NCBI RefSeq assembly: GCF_009914755.1
Contig: NC_060927.1
Length of the DNA: 64,000 bases
Origin: the human T2T-CHM13v2.0 reference genome, Homo sapiens
Strand: one strand, 5' to 3'
Shown here: piece after piece, positions 61,326-64,000 of the stretch
Layout of the letters: each line of letters opens with the position of its first letter
Position numbering within the stretch: the stretch's first letter is position 1
The notes under the pieces: generated by a model
Told to the model about the DNA's origin: nothing
Database searches by the model: none
What the model saw: only the letters and a program-made list of their open reading frames with translations
Program-made: the position numbers and the translations under genes

Positions 61326-62389
61326 GACTAGCATACAGTTAGGTAGTAAGAAGCGGATGATTTGAATGCATTTTATCTTAGTTGTTTGAAAGACTGTAAC
61401 TTTATGTTGTAATCGACCCACTAACTGTGAACTATTAACAATATATTCATCTATCCATCTGTCTGTTTATCCATCCATTCATCCATCTTACATTGTACAT
61501 TAATAATACTCATTAAAGTCAGTGATATTATGAAGAATATCTTTATAAACCTTTCTAAAAAGGTTCATGCCTAAAATGGAGCTAAACTCACAATTTATGG
61601 GTTGAGCATTAATGAAACCTGTTCTGTCTAGCATCTGTGGGCACCTGAGGTTTGTGTCTCTCCCTTTCACTGCTGAGCATATTGTTTAGAGCCTTCTAGC
61701 ATAGATGTAGCTCTTCTTTGAATTGGCTGTATATCCAAATACAATTAGAAGTATATTTTTAAATAGATCAGTGTTAAAAAATATATGATAATATTAAAAT
61801 AAGAAAAGCATCCTGTACATTTGGAATTAATCTCTTCTTTGTGTAGCTTTCTTCAGTCTTTGTTTTTAAAAAATTATTTACTTAGATTATCATAGAGAGC
61901 ATTGTTCTAAGGGGGTAAAAGCCAATATACATTTTAATAAGTTAAGAAAAATTATATTTGTCGCTTGTTATACTTGCTACCAGGTAACATAGTTGCCCTG
62001 TTTTTGTGCTATATGTTTATATACTTTTCTTGGTATATAGTTATATGTAACCCTGAAAAGGGGAAAGCAAGTGTGGATCTGTGGAGAAAAGAGTGGGATA
62101 GGTGGACTCTTCCCCTGGAACCTCTTCAAGGACTGATTTCCTTTACTTAAGTTTTTTACAGTCTCTTAGACCATTGATTCAGCCTCTCTGTTTTTTTCTT
62201 TTTTAATCATTTCTTTCTCTCAATGTTGCCAAGTGATCCTGAGAACTGTCCTAGTATCTCATTCTCCTCAGCTTAATTTTTTAATAATGTACTGTCTAAT
62301 ACCATCTTATTTTTCTTTTCACAAACTTGTTCACTACCCATAAAGCCTATGCCTTTTTAAAGTTCTAGACTCAGACTTTGAAGGCTGTT

Positions 62390-63200
62390 GCTCTGTTATC
62401 CATTGATGATTCTTGTCTGATGATTGCAAAATATAGATTTTCCAATTCTACTGCTCCCTCCATGTTACAGCCAGCATTCTACAGTAAGGAAGAGCCCACC
62501 TTCCTTATTTTATTTATCTATTTATCAGGAGTAAGGACTCATGATTTTAATTTTATTAAATAGGTTATTGTCAGTTACTTCCCTTATTTATTTTGATGCT
62601 CAGATTGTCCCAGATTTATCAAGGGAGAATCTTTTCAAGATGGCTTCTGGGTTCTTATAACAAGTGAGAACTCTGACTCCTAATAACACCAATACTGTTA
62701 CTCATTTGTTCAGTCATGTAATACACATAAAATAGTTTTAGAATTGCTACAAGCATACTTTGAGTAAAACAACCCTATTAAAAAGAGTTCAAGATTTATT
62801 TGCAGTTCCCTTTCTCCAATGAATATAGTTATGTTATTCATTTGAAATATAGTTGCATTTATTTGTTTCTGTTTGCATTCAATTTAGGTGTCTTTGTCCC
62901 CATTCCTATTGATTTAATTATCTTTGGACATGTATGATGTTAACATACTTCCAGAGGTCAAAATTATACACAGTGGTATTCTCAGAGAGGTGTGTCACTC
63001 TCTTGCTTTCTAGCCTGTTCTCCTCCACCCCTTGTAAACAGCCAATTTTATTGACTTCTGGTTTATTATCAATCCTTTGTTTTTTTGTTTTTTGGGGTTT
63101 TTTTGGTTTTTTTTTTGTTGTTGTTAAACTGTGTGTGTGTATGTGTGGTGTGTGTATTCTTTTGTTTTCCTTTTTTTTTTTGCTTAACATTATATCCTGG
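62390..63200 (-). mobile_element. L1MC4/5-like 3' fragments
   Basis: atccattgatgattcttg..tttattttgatgctcagattgtcccagattt. Confidence 0.65.
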
Positions 63201-63239
63201 AAAAATTACTGTGTGTATCATTATATTTATTGTGTTTCT

Positions 63240-63450
63240 TTATTAAGGGTCTGAGATTTTAGCCTGCTTGCATGCCTTCCACAGTTGTATAGATGCTGGC
63301 AGAAGATATGAGATTCCTGGGTCAGAGGCAAAGTGGTTTATAGCTAACAGCACAACAGGTAGCACATGCTTCACGTGTGCATAGGTTTCTCTTGACCCTC
63401 AGGTTCCAAGAAGTGATGCTGCATACTCAGTGGATTTGTGTTATAGCTCA
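63240..63450 (-). mobile_element. LTR40-like (ERVL) LTR fragment
   Basis: aagggtctgagatttt..gatgctggcagaagatatgagattcctgggtcagaggcaaag resembles the recalled LTR40 end. Confidence 0.6.
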
Positions 63451-63784
63451 GTGCCTATAACATTTTTTAAGGCTTAAAGGAAATGAGTGAAAACACTGCT
63501 TATAATGTTGTGCTTAATTAGATTTTGTAATGAACTTAAGAAAATAATTTTTTTAATTTGATGAATAATCGCTTATAGATGAAAGGCCTTCTGATAATGA
63601 CCCCGGGGTTATGTCTGTTATCACAGAAGGGTTGAAGGAGTGGAGGTGGGTGGTTATTAGATGTTGCTCCTGACTTTTTTTTTTTTTTTTTTTAATGCTG
63701 CTCTGAAGTTGTAGAAAGTTGACTCTAAGTTCTTCTTGTTCTATCAAAGGGTGCTGACTCCATGTTTTTTTCTTTTTTCTTCCT

Positions 63785-64000
63785 TTTTTTTTTTTTTTTT
63801 TTTTGAGATGGGAGTCTTGCTCAGTCTCCCAGGCAGGAGAGCAGTGGTGCAATCTTGGCTCACTGCAGCCTCCACCTCGCAGGTTCAAGTGATTCTCCTG
63901 TCTCAGCCTCCTGAGTAGCTGGGACTGCAGGCACCGGCCACCATGCCTGGCTAATTTTTATATGTTTAGTAGAGACCAACATGATTTTACCATGTTGGCC
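63785..64000 (-). mobile_element. Alu (cut by the window end)
   Basis: T tail followed by the antisense right arm and linker. Confidence 0.93.

Overview
This is primate (very probably human) genomic DNA with no prokaryotic features. The window is almost entirely intronic. It holds one convincing coding exon, a 37-nt + strand exon at 59164-59200 encoding ESGNIKAGLEHL, which I recognise as part of the SR-related splicing factor RSRC1 (SHOX2 neighbourhood). The first ~30 kb is a nest of mostly antisense LINE-1 elements stacked up to five levels deep, many with readable target-site duplications (TSDs). The remainder holds a full-length, long-3'UTR RPL15 processed pseudogene, a near-complete fossil Cheshire-type hAT transposon, a young 5'-truncated L1PA2/3, Alus, MERs, L2/MIR, and several repeat-free blocks that look like conserved non-coding elements, some with candidate poison exons. 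Nearly all ORFs in the supplied track are TE fragments or noise. I found no convincing novel biological system. The best observations are mechanistic scars of retrotransposition or repair and candidate regulatory or splicing elements. Subfamily names come from recalled consensus sequences and need RepeatMasker/Dfam confirmation. Boundaries of old repeats are approximate.
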